Made by a program: the position numbers and the translations under genes. Positions 30,101 through 43,535 of a stretch of 64,000 nt of DNA are shown piece by piece. Numbering within the stretch: the first letter of the stretch is position 1; every line of letters begins with the position of its first letter. The notes under the pieces are model-generated. The model did not search any database. It saw nothing but the letters and a program-made list of their open reading frames with translations, and was not told where the DNA came from. The stretch comes from Eledone cirrhosa. Lineage: Eukaryota. The stretch spans positions 105,090,001 through 105,154,000 of the forward strand of contig OZ024741.1 of the NCBI GenBank assembly GCA_964016885.1, given 5' to 3'.

Positions 30101-31875
30101 TCGGAGCCGTTCGCAATCACGCGTTCCATTCGACAGGGATGCCCTCTCTCCTCCATTATGTATGTATTGACTCTAGAGCCACTACTGCGGAAACTGGAGC
30201 TGTTGCAGGGCATCCCTCTAGAACCGGGACTGCGCAACGTGACGTCGGCTTATTCCGACGACGTAACGGTAATGGTGTCGAGCACCTCGGAAATCGGGGG
30301 TGATCGGCAACTTACTGAAAGAATACGAAACGCTGACGGGAGCAAAACTAAACCCGGACAAGTCTGTCGGTTTGCAACTCGGTACGTGGAGAGGCAAACC
30401 GATGACGTCCGACAGCGTCGTTGGACGCTGGACGAACGGACCGGTGAAATTGCTCGGGGTCTGGTTCGGTTCAGACCTCCAGATGGAGAAAAACTGGAAT
30501 GAGGTAACGGCCAAGGTGTTTGCGCTCACCCAGAAGTGGGGAGAGTGCAAACTGTCCTTGAAAGGTAGAGCGGAGGTGGCGAACACTTTCATAGCGTCCG
30601 TCATCTACTACCGCTTGACTGTCGTGTCTTGTCCCCGTGAACACCTCGCCAAGATGGAATGCATGCTCTTCCAGTTTCTGTGGAAGAAGAAGACTCCGCT
30701 GCTGAGGATATCAGTCTGCTGTCAGCACCCTTCCAACGGAGGGCTGGGCATGTCGTGGCTGATGATGCGCAAACATGCGCTGAGGCTGCGGCATCTCCAG
30801 GTATTCCTCACCGACCCCCAGCCGGTGTGGGCACCGTTTGTGAGACAGGCTTTCCCGCAGCTCGTCTCGCTGACGGAGCTGCAGTCCTGGGTCAAGAAAA
30901 GACCGAAAATGATGAGCGCCTGGCACATTGAATGCGCTCAGGTGCTCACAGTCCTCTGGCAAGCGGGCACAGCAATCAGTGGAGACTCCACTTCGATATT
31001 CTATAGAGGGATTGTACGTTACAAGGGCGACGACGCGCTCGGAGAGACTCTGGGCGTCGAAGACGATGAGCTCACCAGTCTGTTTGGTAGGACTTTCCTT
31101 CCGGGACCTATGGACAACTTCCAGAGGTCCCTGGCCTGGCAGTGCTACCGAGGAGCTCTACCGGTTCGTGACAAGATCTACAAGCACGGACGCCCCGGCA
31201 GGGATCCTACCAAGAGGACGTGTCCAAGATGCGCGCAGGACATTGAAACCGTCCTGCACGCAATTGTACACTGCCCGGGCGTAACCGACCTGTGGAACTA
31301 TGCAGAACAACTGTTGTCGCGTATGGGACAAATCCAGTTGACTGCCGAGTCCCTAGTAAGGATCAAACCGCCAGCCTCTTTGAAAAACGAAAGAGAAGCG
31401 GTTTTCCTCTTTACAGTGGCTATGGTGAAAGAGGTTATATGGTGGACGACATTGAGAGGACTGGTGGACGGCATTGAGATGCCTTCTCTCCGGACAACAA
31501 TTGATTCCCTTCTTTAAGTATCACTTTAGAAGGAGAATCAAAGTGGAGAGAGAGGCACTGCACCCCAGTAAATTTACTGAAAGGTGAGTGAATGTGGCAA
31601 AAATGGTCCGAATGATTGGGCCTTCTCTGTTTATAAGCCTGTAGGCTAAAGAAGAGAGCAAAAGGAAGAAAGGAGCACTTGCACAACACGCTCCTGGAGT
31701 TGAGGGTTGTTCTATCTACGGGGTATTAAACAACCCATTTGTGGCGCCTTCCCCCTATTGGGATTTCGATTGTTGTAATTGTTTGTTCTATATTTTTTAC
31801 ACGACTGTATGTAAAATCCCCGGCATGTCTTTGTATTGTCCCCTTTTCTTGTGCGCCCTTGTGGCAAATAAAGAA

Positions 31876-31876
<1 letters not shown>
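27146..31876 (+). mobile_element. Near-complete, disrupted Tx1/L1-clade LINE (partial ORF1 + ORF2 EN-RT-zinc knuckle + 3' UTR)
   Basis: EN motifs SLNVRGL, GDWN, YLDRFF, SDHKLV, PGYWKLN. RT motifs KSPGLDG, FRPITLLN, DQSKAFDRVDH, RQGCPLS, YSDD. CPRC...H...C knuckle. Ends aataaagaaa before (TC)n. Confidence 0.92.
28192..31643 (+). pseudogene. Tx1-type ORF2 (APE endonuclease / reverse transcriptase) broken by frameshifts and a stop
   Basis: Collinear pieces 28192-28575, 28611-29258, 29376-29948, 29852-30300 and 30300-31517 in alternating frames. Confidence 0.9.
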
Positions 31877-31970
<94 letters not shown>

Positions 31971-32383
31971 ATAGTGTCTAATAAATTAACCGATGTAGAG
32001 ATGTCTAGTGAGGACCCATATGAAATTAATTTTGGTTATCCCCCGCTCCCCTGAAACAAGAAACGACCGTGAAGCCTTATTTACATGCAACTAGAAATTT
32101 GTAATAAATTCAAGTGAAAACCAACAGGTGCGTGTGTTTTTATTGGCAGCATGATCCTCCCAAAGTATATGAGCTTATTCACGTGACTACATCAACCAAC
32201 CAAACTTCACTCATATATGAAAAAACAATCTGAGCCCTCCTTTTTTTTAAAGGCAAATATAATAAGAACTTTGTAACGCGAACTGGCGCGAAATTTATTA
32301 TACTTATTCACATGACAGTCATCAACCAACCAAATTACTTCTCTAAAAACCTAGCATTTCGAGCCACTTTTTTCCATATAAGT

Positions 32384-32540
32384 AACATTCAAACACCAAC
32401 TAGATGTGAGAAAAACCACAAACCCTCCATCTCAATTCTACTTTTGAAAAGCACAAGAACGACGAAACCGGTAAAGGAACCAAATAAATATATTTAAAAA
32501 AAAAGACTCCAGTTGCATTTTCGATTTCATCTTTTTTCCT
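32384..32540 (+). repeat. Dispersed ~155-bp repeat, copy 1 (probable PLE 3' terminus)
   Basis: Near-identical to 41554-41713. Contains GAAAccggTA. Confidence 0.75.
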
Positions 32541-32558
32541 AATATATAAATATAAATA

Positions 32559-33012
<454 letters not shown>

Positions 33013-33146
33013 ATATATATATATATATATATTAATAAAAGGAATTTGAACTTTGTCTGATTTACTCGTTTTATTTACAATCCTTTAAAATTATAATGAT
33101 ATTATAATGAAATAGTATGGTAGAATATTAAGTGTTAAATGTTAAT

Positions 33147-33185
33147 TGAACAAGTACTTTCATGCTTTCGCAATCTTCAGGTTCA
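33147..33185 (-). ncRNA. Minimal type I hammerhead ribozyme
   Basis: tgaac CTGAAGA t tgc gaaa gca t GAAA gtac TT gttca: perfect stem I, GNRA-capped stem II, palindromic aagtactt. Confidence 0.88.
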
Positions 33186-33473
33186 TATTCAGTGGTGACA
33201 GTCAAGTTTGCAATTTTCAACTGTAATGAGATGGGTAAAATCTGTGCCTTATATACTGTATTTCGACTAATCGGTGTGTGGTCTCACTAGATTACTAAAT
33301 CTGATTGGTTTAGGCGTCACGGTTGGTGAGCATGTCTAACGACTTCTATTTGACCCTATCCAAAGCATCAATTGTTTTGCTATTTTTTGGAAATGATGAA
33401 AATAGCATTTTCTAGGGTTTTTATAAAAATATCTTCAGTAATCATCAACATCAACATCACTTTTATTATTATT

Positions 33474-33533
<60 letters not shown>

Positions 33534-33595
33534 AGTGGTGGTAGTCGACATGGTCGTAGGCGTAGTCATAGTAGAAGTAATACCCCTACGCATTA

Positions 33596-35475
33596 TTATT
33601 GTTCATTTAGCTTGGGTTGGAATTTATCAATAAAATTCTTTTCTTTAATTTTTCTCTTGATTTCACTTGGGCTGTGTAGTTTGTAGAATGGAAATATTAT
33701 AAATATTTTTTGACCACATGTTGCTAGATGGTTACTCAGGGGTATCTGACGGACATTTGGGTCTCTGATTTGCTGTCGGTGCACCCGTGCACGTTCCGAT
33801 AGTGCATTTCCAGTTTGACCGACATATAGTTCTTCACAATTCGGGCATTTAATGCAGTAAATTAGATTTCTGCTTTTGCAGTTCATGTTTGCATTTGGGA
33901 ATATTTTTCCAGTTTTTGTGTTCATATATTGACCGTTGTGTATGGATTGACATGTGCCACATCAACTATCATTGCATTTAGATACAGTGAATGATTGGTC
34001 TTTGTTGTTAAGGTCAAACTTGCCTTTGTTAGTAATTGCTTCAAATTTTTCGGCTGTCTTTTACTAAGAGTCAACGATCGGTCTGTGATTAAACCTTTTA
34101 ATTCATTACTTTGAGCAATGATCGGTAGGTTTGCTTTCGCAGTGTTGAAGATATTCTGGTGACATGGGTTGTGTGTCATTATAAATGGTATGACCAGTTC
34201 TTGGTTTCTTCTCCCTTGGGTTGTCCTAAGTTGTTGTATAGGTATTTTTATAGCCCGCTGTGCGCCATTTTCTATAAGTAGAGATGGGTATTTCTGTTTG
34301 AGCAAAAATTCTCTCAGTTCTGTTAGGCGTTTGTTCCTGGTATTCGTATCTTCTACAATGGTACAAATTCTTCTGGCTAGGCAGTATGGGATGTTGCGTT
34401 TTGTATGAGGTGGATGGCACGACTTAAAATTCAGATACTGATGGGTGTCTGTGTGTTTATAGTATATATCCGTGGTAATGGTGGTGTCGTTTTTGATTAC
34501 CATTATATCTAGGAATGGTAATTTGGTACTACTCATCTCTTTTGTAAATTGGAGAGATGGGTGTAGGTTATTCAGGAGGATATTGAACTCATCCAGAGTA
34601 TCTAGAGATTCTGTCCAGATGATGAAACAGTCGTCAAGGTATCTCTTCCAAGACTTTTCAATGTACTTATATTTTTCCTCTATTTCTTGGTAGAGTTGTT
34701 GTTCTAAGTATCCTATTACAGAGTTCGCGTAAACGGGAGCAAACTTCGTTCCCATCGCTGTGCCGCTAATTTTGATGTAATTCTTTGCATTGAAGAAGAA
34801 AGTGTTGTTTTCCAGAATAAGTCTGAATGCGTCTAATATAAATGGCGCTGTGAATCTGGTGGGAATCACTTCTCTATGTTTTTCCACCCAGTATTTAACC
34901 GCCTTTATTCCTAAATCATGTGTAATGTTGGTGTAAATGCTTACCACATCAAAACTAAGTAGAAGTGAATTCGTTTCCGTGGTTTTGGGAAGATGGGACA
35001 GGAAGTCGATATCATCCCGGATGAAACTGGGTATGTGAATACATAGTGGTTTCAAAATAATGTCAACAAAATTGCTTAGACGGTGGGTAGGGCATGTTGG
35101 ACCAGCTATAATAGGTCTAAGTTTTAAGTCTTTTGGGTGTAGTAATTATATGTACTCAGTTTTGTTCTCTTAATGCCAGTTGTATTTCTTTTGACTTGTG
35201 AACTTTCGGTAGGCCATACAGGTTGCTGGGTTTTGGTTCAACATTGGTGATGTAGTCTCTTTCCTTATCAGTAAGTGAGTTGTAGTATTTTGAAGCCAGG
35301 TTGTTGATCTTCTTCATGATGTTGTAGTCTATATTTGACGGTATTTCATGGTAGAATGTTGTGTCTTTCAGTTGTTCCTCAACCAAATCTTTGTAGTATT
35401 CAGCATCCATTATAACAATTGCACCCTCTTTATCTGCTTGTTTAATTATTATTGTTTTGTCATTTTGGATGAGTA
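33596..35475 (-). pseudogene. PLE RT + GIY-YIG endonuclease pseudogene
   Basis: ORF pieces 35156-35482, 33922-35055 and 33596-33925 are joined by frameshifts. In-frame TGA at 33962-33964. Confidence 0.88.
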
Positions 35476-35477
35476 CT

Positions 35478-35930
35478 GTCACCTCTCCAGTTCATTATTT
35501 TTATGAACAGGATTGACATGCGCAGTCGGGTTCGGAATGGCATCACGACTGGCAGGCGTAGGATCAGTCTGCTGGAATTTGGAGACGACATGGTATTACT
35601 TTACTCGATGGATGGTGATCTGCGACATGCACTTCATAGGATTGATACAGACTGCTGTACGGCTGGAATACAAATCAATGTTGCGAAAACTGAAACACTC
35701 GTCCTCTCAGGGAAGTCTGTGCGGTGCACTCTACGTGGAGTTCCACTGAATCAGGTGGAGAAGTTCAAATATCTCCAGGCTATGTTTACGAGTGATGGAA
35801 GACAGGAAGCTATATTAAGTGCAAGAATTACAGGAGCTGGTGCAGTAATGCGTCAGCTTCAGCATTCGGTAATCAGAAGGTAGGTAGGCATAAAAATCAA
35901 ACTTGCTATCTTCAATTCGGTATTTGTGGA
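35478..35930 (+). mobile_element. RTE-type LINE reverse transcriptase fragment
   Basis: LLEFGDDMVL, GIQINVAKTETLV, VEKFKYL, SARITGAGAVMRQL. Confidence 0.75.
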
Positions 35931-36137
35931 CATGAATCGGTGGGCATGAATCGGGGATAATTCATTAACTCATAATTATAATTTTGTTTCAGATAAAATT
36001 TTATTTTATTTTATCAAACTTGTAAATTTGCATCTTATTTTGAATACTTTACAAACCAATTGTAAAACAAATAGAATTTTGTGGAATTCATAGAATTTTC
36101 TAATTTTCTGTTGAAGAAAACATATTTTTCTTTATTG

Positions 36138-36185
<48 letters not shown>

Positions 36186-36192
<7 letters not shown>

Positions 36193-36354
36193 AGATCAAA
36201 AGATGGTTAAAGGAGTTCCATATATTTTATTATGCGCATTTCAAAAACAAACATCATCAAGCAATAATATTTGTGTTTTCATCAGATAAAACAGGAGAAC
36301 ATGATATGAAGGCTAAAAAACACTTGTGGATAGTGCAGTTTTAAATCAACATAT
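36186..36354 (-). mobile_element. Solo pLTR fragment of the 21565-24311 family
   Basis: Matches 21649-21815. Bounded by (TA)n and (TC)n. Confidence 0.85.
36225..36291 (-). ncRNA. Minimal type I hammerhead ribozyme
   Basis: ttttat CTGATGA aaacacaaat...tttgttttt GAAA tgcgca TA ataaaa. Confidence 0.8.
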
Positions 36355-36365
36355 CATTCTCTCAA

Positions 36366-36398
<33 letters not shown>

Positions 36399-36401
36399 AA
36401 T

Positions 36402-36493
<92 letters not shown>

Positions 36494-36616
36494 AGAGTGA
36501 GAGAGGGGGCGTGAAGGCGCGTCGCCTTGTGGTTAAAGTAAGTGTGAGTGTGCATTTCTCTCTCTCTCTCTCTCTCTCCCTCTCTCTCTCTTTCTCTCTC
36601 TCTTTATATATATATA

Positions 36617-37512
<896 letters not shown>

Positions 37513-37977
37513 GTCTTGTTTTATCATTTATTTTGTTTTAACCTGTTTAGCTTGATTTTCTTTTTGTCTTAGGTGGTTGGTGCTTTCTTGACCATTTTTT
37601 CAGTTTTGTATGGCTTCTTAACATATTGTTCAGCTCTGGTTTTTAACTATTGAGCACTTTGCCAGTGTCATTTCTGATTTTTGCGTTTCGTTTCGCCTTT
37701 CCTACCCGCCGAACTGCGATTCTCGCTGAATCTATATTTGTATATATATAGTCAAAGAGATATTTAATTTGTTGGTTATTCAACAAATTTATTAATAACC
37801 GATTCGAAGCACTCTACACTTTTTCTGGAGTATAATATCAATGATATTAATAAATGGAAACTATATTTATAAAACCATATTTATTTTATTATATATATTT
37901 CAAGGGTACTAAACTGAACCTGAACCGATAAGGTCTGGTTTCTTGGGTATGTCACCATTTATGAAACAAATTTTGTA

Positions 37978-38049
37978 TTTTATCTGATGAGCGCGTACCA
38001 AAATTGGTACCCTTGAAATATCTGTATATATATAAAATTAACTATGTGT

Positions 38050-38107
<58 letters not shown>

Positions 38108-38683
38108 TACCTATAGGGGCCTACATCTTACGACCGATTTTCTTTAAAGGCTCATAGATTAGTCATCGGTGAGTGTTTTCTATATATCAGCGTATCGTTT
38201 TTTTTTATTCCGGGGTCATTCTGCAGATAAAGGGGGGGGGGGGGGGGGGGCACGATATTTTAGGTATCGAAAAATAAGATTTTTGGCTCTAGCTCCCACA
38301 TTTTGCCACCGATTTCGTTCTAATTTTAAAGCAAAATAGAATTTATCATTGCACATCTTGTAATGGCTTTATATTTTGCATTTGTTGTTCAGGAATGGCT
38401 TGGCAGCCGCTTAAATATTTGAAAATACCGCCTTTTCGCTCAAATGTCCGCCTTTTCGGCTCTAGCTCCCACGTTTTTCAACCGATTTCGTTCAAATTCG
38501 AAACACCTTCCCCCAGCATGCCCCTTCGTCAGTCACCTGCGTTTCTCAGTGATAGAGGTCATCACCACCCTCCCCGCATGAGTCATCGAGAAGCAGTCGC
38601 TAAGATCAACACTTTTTCATCAAAGCAGATATTATTTTAAATATCCAGGCAACGCCAGGTACAGCTGCTAGTATATAATAAAA
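37978..38683 (+). ncRNA. Hammerhead ribozyme split by insertion (37978-38020 + 38672-38683)
   Basis: Removing 38021-38671 restores ttttat CTGATGA gcgc gtacca aaat tggtac cctt GAAA tatata TA ataaaa. Confidence 0.75.
38021..38671 (+). mobile_element. Non-autonomous Helitron
   Basis: 5'-TC, 3'-CTAG, degenerate subterminal hairpin (ggc aac gcc), inserted between A and T with no TSD. Internal (TG)n. Confidence 0.85.
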
Positions 38684-38726
38684 TAAATATGGTTTTATAA
38701 ATATAGTTTCCATTTATTAATATCAT

Positions 38727-38791
<65 letters not shown>

Positions 38792-39046
38792 GACACTAGA
38801 ACAATGCAATATATTTGTTAGCTGTGAGGAGACCTATTATGATCGTTCATCCTTTTTATATGTCTAGAACTACATTATCCAATGTGTTTCCTCTTCAATC
38901 CTATTATTTAACCCTTCTGATACCAAACCACCACAAACTACCTCTGATTCTATCATACAGAGCTGCTTGTTTTAATGTGTTTTTATTTAAATCTAAATTT
39001 TCCATCATAATTTTGTCTAAAAATCTTTGTGATGCTTCAAGTACCT

Positions 39047-39183
<137 letters not shown>

Positions 39184-39389
39184 CGTTTGTATCCAATTTA
39201 AAGAAGTATAACGGGCATATCAACACACTGGGAAGAGAAGGAATTGTCTACGTATCGTAATAGGCGACTAAAAGTATTGATGCCAAAACGAATATCCGGT
39301 TATAAAGCAATGCCTCAAGAATGACTTCATGACGAGTATAATAACATATGGATAAGGTAGAGTCAGAGTCCCCAACAAACGAACAAACT

Positions 39390-40200
39390 TGAAAGTTGTG
39401 GGGAGTTTCTCAAAGATAGTTTGTTACGAGTTGTTGGTGATATGTATGGATGGACAAAAGACCACTAAGATACTTAGAAACATGATAGTTGGCTGGTAAA
39501 ACTTAGAAAAGGGGAAGATTCAGAGAATGGCAGAGAGTGAGAGGTAAGATAGCCGAAGCGGCGTGTCATCGGGATTATAAGGCAGCCAAGAAAGAAGTAG
39601 CAAAAGCACAAGAGGCCCATAGAAGAAGGTTTAGGGAACAATTGGATTCAGAGCAGAATCAGAGAAAGGTGTTTGGCATTGTAAAGCAGGTAATGAGACA
39701 GAGTTGTGATATAACAAGGGTGAATTGTTTGAAAGATGAAGTGGGAGAAACTACTGTAGACTCAGATGGAATTAAAGAAAATCGGAAAAGATAAATGGAG
39801 TGATTGTTGCGCGTGAATGAAGAATGAATGGGATGGCAACATAGTGAGCAATCCCGGCAAAGGGGATAGCAGAGGAAGAAGTGATACATTGATAAAAACG
39901 AAATATGGAATGGAAGGAGTGGCGACAGGAGTTGTGTGAGATATGTTAAATATAGTGGGAAGTTGGGGTGTGAAGCTTATGACAGATCTGTAGTTTGGTG
40001 GTGAAAGAAAACTGAATTCCAATGGATTCAGGGTTGAATACTCTCATCCTTCTGGAGAGGCGATCCTTTAGACTGTGGCTGATATATAATAATTAAATTA
40101 GTTTAGTGTGGAAGGAAGTATAGGAAACGTGTTAGAGAAGATAATGAGGAAAAAAGAGAAGATTAGATGATGAACGTAAAGCAACATAGAAGGCTGGAAA
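39390..40200 (+). mobile_element. Highly decayed RTE-like LINE fragment
   Basis: YKAAKKEVAKAQ...VFGIVKQ...CLKDEVG resembles the EN-RT linker. Many stops. Confidence 0.45.
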
Positions 40201-40530
40201 AAACAGATATAGATGAGTAGATTATCGCGAGAGAGAGAGGAAGTCAAACAATAAAATGCAGAGTGATGGAAATGAATGTGGTAGGAAGTAGAGGAAGAGG
40301 AAAGGCATGGTTAAAAATGATGGAAAAGGAAAAGAAAGCCTGGGGCTTGGGGACGGAAGAAGCAGACGATAGGGAAAATGGAGAAGTTTGTCATAAGACC
40401 CGAAGATGATGACATTAAAAAGCTTGGTGTACTTATTTTTATCACTAACTCTTTTGTCAAATTTACTGGACATAAACAGACACAAACACGAAGGTAAACA
40501 GACACGGGGGCACCCCACCCCCCACACACA

Positions 40531-40623
<93 letters not shown>

Positions 40624-40702
40624 ACATGTGTGTGTATGTATATGTATATGTATGTTTGATATATATGCGTGTATGTATGAATATATATGTGTGTGTGAGT
40701 CT

Positions 40703-40793
40703 ACACATTCTGAGGAGTTTTCGATTCCAGAATCAGGAACGAACATAATCCATCGTTCCTCGAGCTGATCAGCAGTGAAACATGTAATATATA
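40703..40793 (+). ncRNA. Degenerate hammerhead candidate
   Basis: CTGAGGA at 40710 and GAAA catg TA at 40777-40786. Long branched stem II region, weak stem I. Confidence 0.4.
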
Positions 40794-40848
40794 ATTAAAT
40801 ATGTATATGATCCAATACTGATTCTTTGTTCCCTAATTATATATATAT

Positions 40849-41482
40849 ATATAAGTATGTACACGTACATACATATATGTATACAGACGTACAGTAGTAT
40901 GTATATATATATTCATACATGCACATATATATATATGTACGTATGGATTCACCGAACATTTATTATAATGCTCGGTGTGTTTGTAAACAAACATCCCGTA
41001 TTAAGACGTAGTGTCCAGCAACCATCGTAGCTCGTTTGTTCAACACTGACAAAGGAACGGTGTACTAGTTTCAAGCTTATTAGCTATCGTCAGCAACGTA
41101 TACCTTCCTGCCAGATTGTTGAACGTATATACTTACCTTATGCATATTAACGGCTGAGTAGCCCAATTTGCATATTGAGTGGGTTAATCGGCCGGGTGCA
41201 CCGAATACGATAAACGGAAAAAATGAAACCAAATTTCATTCCCCGCTCTTAGTACAGCTGTTACTTAAATATAAGTATGTACACGTACATACATATATGT
41301 ATACAGACGTACAATAGTATGTATATATATATTCATACATGCACACATATATATATATGTACGTATGGATTCACCGAACATTTATTATAATGCTCGGTGT
41401 GTTTGTAAACAAACATCCCGAATTAAGCCGTAGTGTCCAGCAACCATAAGAGTGGGAAATGAAATTTGGTTTCATTTTTTCC

Positions 41483-41488
<6 letters not shown>
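40849..41488 (-). mobile_element. Non-coding partial-tandem element (~420-bp unit) with hammerhead and terminal inversion
   Basis: Direct repeats 40849-41026 / 41269-41447. Inverted repeat 41210-41251 / 41447-41488. (TA)n flanks. Confidence 0.75.
41058..41098 (-). ncRNA. Minimal type I hammerhead ribozyme
   Basis: cgttg CTGACGA t agct aata agct t GAAA ctag TA caccg. Palindromic stem III, one stem I mismatch. Confidence 0.8.
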
Positions 41489-41548
<60 letters not shown>

Positions 41549-41553
41549 GAAGG

Positions 41554-41713
41554 AACATTCGAACACCAATCAGATGCGAGAAAAACCACAAACCCTCCAT
41601 CTTAATTCTACTTTTGAAAAGCACAAGAACTGCGAAACCGGTAAAGGAACCAAATAAATATATATTTAAAAAAAAAAGACTCCAGTTGCATTTTCGATTT
41701 CATCTCTTTTCCT
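41554..41713 (+). repeat. Dispersed ~155-bp repeat, copy 2
   Basis: Matches 32384-32540. Confidence 0.75.
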
Positions 41714-41749
41714 TTTATATATATATATGTGCGTATGTATATCAAATTC

Positions 41750-41870
41750 CTCTGAAAAGGCATTGGTGAACTTTGGGCTGTAGTAGAAGATACTTGGCCA
41801 AGGTGCTGTGCAGCGGGACTGAGCCCAGGACCACGTGGTTGCGGAGTGAAATCTTTAACCAAACAGCTAT
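41750..41870 (-). mobile_element. tRNA-derived SINE fragment (family B)
   Basis: Minus strand has gctgtttggttaaag...gggctcagtcccgctgcacagcaccttggccaag (box A/B-like). Related copy at 46050-46150. Confidence 0.6.
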
Positions 41871-42854
41871 GTCAATAAATCATCAATCTTCTCCTTATAT
41901 AGAGATTTGTCATTAGAGGTTTTATATGTGTATTGCAACTATATTGTAATATATATGTATATATAAGAGTGTATGTGTATGTATGTTTGATATATATGTG
42001 TATGTAAGTGTGTATGTGTATGGGTGTCTGATATATGTTTGTATGTAAGTGTGTATGCGTGTCTGATATATGTGTGTATGTAAGTATGTATGTGTGTGAT
42101 ATATGTTTGTATGGAAGTGTGTGATATATGTGTGTATGTAAGTGTGTATGTGTGTATGTGTGTGTGATATATGTGTGTGATATGTATGCGTGTGATATGT
42201 ATGGGATATATGTGTGTGTATATGATATATAAATGTGTGTGTGATATATATGGGATTGTAAGTGTGTATCTGCAATTGTGTATCTATATGTGTAAGTGTG
42301 TATGTGTATGTGTCTCTGATATGTGTGTGTGTATGTAAGTGTGTATGTGTATGTGTGTGTGGTATATATATGTGTGATATATTTATATATATGTGTATGT
42401 GTGTATGATATATGTACGTGTGATATATGTGTGTGATATATGTATGTATATGATATTTATGTGTGTGATAAATGTGTATATGTGTGAACATGTGAATGTT
42501 TAAAGTATGTTGTATGTGTAAACGTCTTCATTTAGTTCAACATTTAGCCAACAGTTGCTACCAAGAGGTAGATTCAGTAATAGAGAAACCTATGGAAACA
42601 TCGTTACTTTTGTACAATCTTGCAATCCTTTTATTTGTTTTTTTTTCTCTCTGTATATCCCGTTTTTTTTCTTTCTTTCGTGTTGTTTCTGTTTTCATTG
42701 TCTTATTAGACCTTCAAACATATTGTCTTCTTTAACCCATTCTTACTTTCGTCCCTCCTCATTTGCCGCCTTCCATTATTCGCACCTCTGACTTCTGACC
42801 GCCTCATACCATTCCTCTCGTCACTATTTTTCCTCCAATTACCAACATGCTTCG

Positions 42855-43032
42855 TGACATAGAATTCCGGCCTTTTACATTCTGAGTTCAAATCCCGTCG
42901 AGGTTAGCTTTGCCTTTCATCGATAAAATACATTCGATAAAATACAGCACCAGTAACGTTCCGGAGTCGATTTAATCGACTTCTCCCTCCCTTCCAACTG
43001 CTGGCTTTGTACCTAAAGTAAAAACAATTATT
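42855..43032 (+). mobile_element. tRNA-derived SINE (family A), decayed
   Basis: ttctgagttcaaatcccgtcgaggttagctttgcctttcat...gtcgatttaatcgac...ctggctttgtacctaaagtaaaaacaattatt. Confidence 0.75.
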
Positions 43033-43184
43033 TCAACTTCAATCAAATGTGACAAATGTACAATGTTTCAATCCCGGACGGAGTTCGTTAGGCAATCCTT
43101 GAAATATAGAGCAGAGGTGGAGAACGCGTATATCATTTAGGCGAACGCGTACATCTTCAGTTATCATCTTATCATACTGGACTA

Positions 43185-43460
43185 TTCTTTCATTTCTTGT
43201 GGAAGGAACGCGTTCCTCTCGTCAAGCGGTCGATCTCCTGCCAGAAAATTTTGTGCGGAAGTTTCGGTATTCCACGGCTGTTGATGCAGGCTCAGACATG
43301 CGCTGAGACAGCAGCATTTACAAATGTTCCGAGACGATGGACACGTGTGTTTGCCTTTTGTCAGACACGTCTTCCAGGATTGAGCGTTTGGCATTGTGTT
43401 TTGTATTTTGTCCTTGTATTGTCCAAATCCTTTTTGTGTCCTTGTGGCGAATAAAGAAAT
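43185..43460 (+). mobile_element. Tx1-type fragment: internal ORF2 piece fused to 3' end
   Basis: FLWKERVPLVKRSISCQ...LLM matches 30670-30800. Ends gtggcgaataaagaaa. Confidence 0.7.
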
Positions 43461-43535
43461 TGGTAGTGCTACAGGAGAAGCTTAGTAAGTAGTTATTTTC
43501 ACCGGCCTTCATAGCAGGTGCCATAAAAGCCCAGC

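Larger units (their letters stand above)
33030..35475 (-). mobile_element. 5'-truncated Penelope-like element (Neptune-type features), disrupted
   Basis: IIKQADKEG, LYGLPKVHK, SFDVVSIYTNI, GTAMGTKFAP, YLDDCF, LPFLDI, Cys linker, LIYCIKCPNCEELYVGQT...H...H GIY-YIG. HHR in the 3' terminus. Confidence 0.9.
37755..38732. mobile_element. Fold-back pLTR-like mini-element with hammerhead, interrupted by a Helitron
   Basis: 37835-37909 is the reverse complement of 38007-38020 + 38672-38732. Same family as 50165-50637. Confidence 0.75.

Noticed and set aside
33962-33964. In-frame TGA in the PLE Cys linker as selenocysteine
   Set aside because: It falls at the usual Arg position of C-x3-R-C-x2-C, the element has other disabling lesions, and no SECIS was recognised.
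43120-43165. CTGAAGA on minus with repeated gaacgcgta
   Set aside because: No GAAA or stem geometry consistent with a hammerhead.
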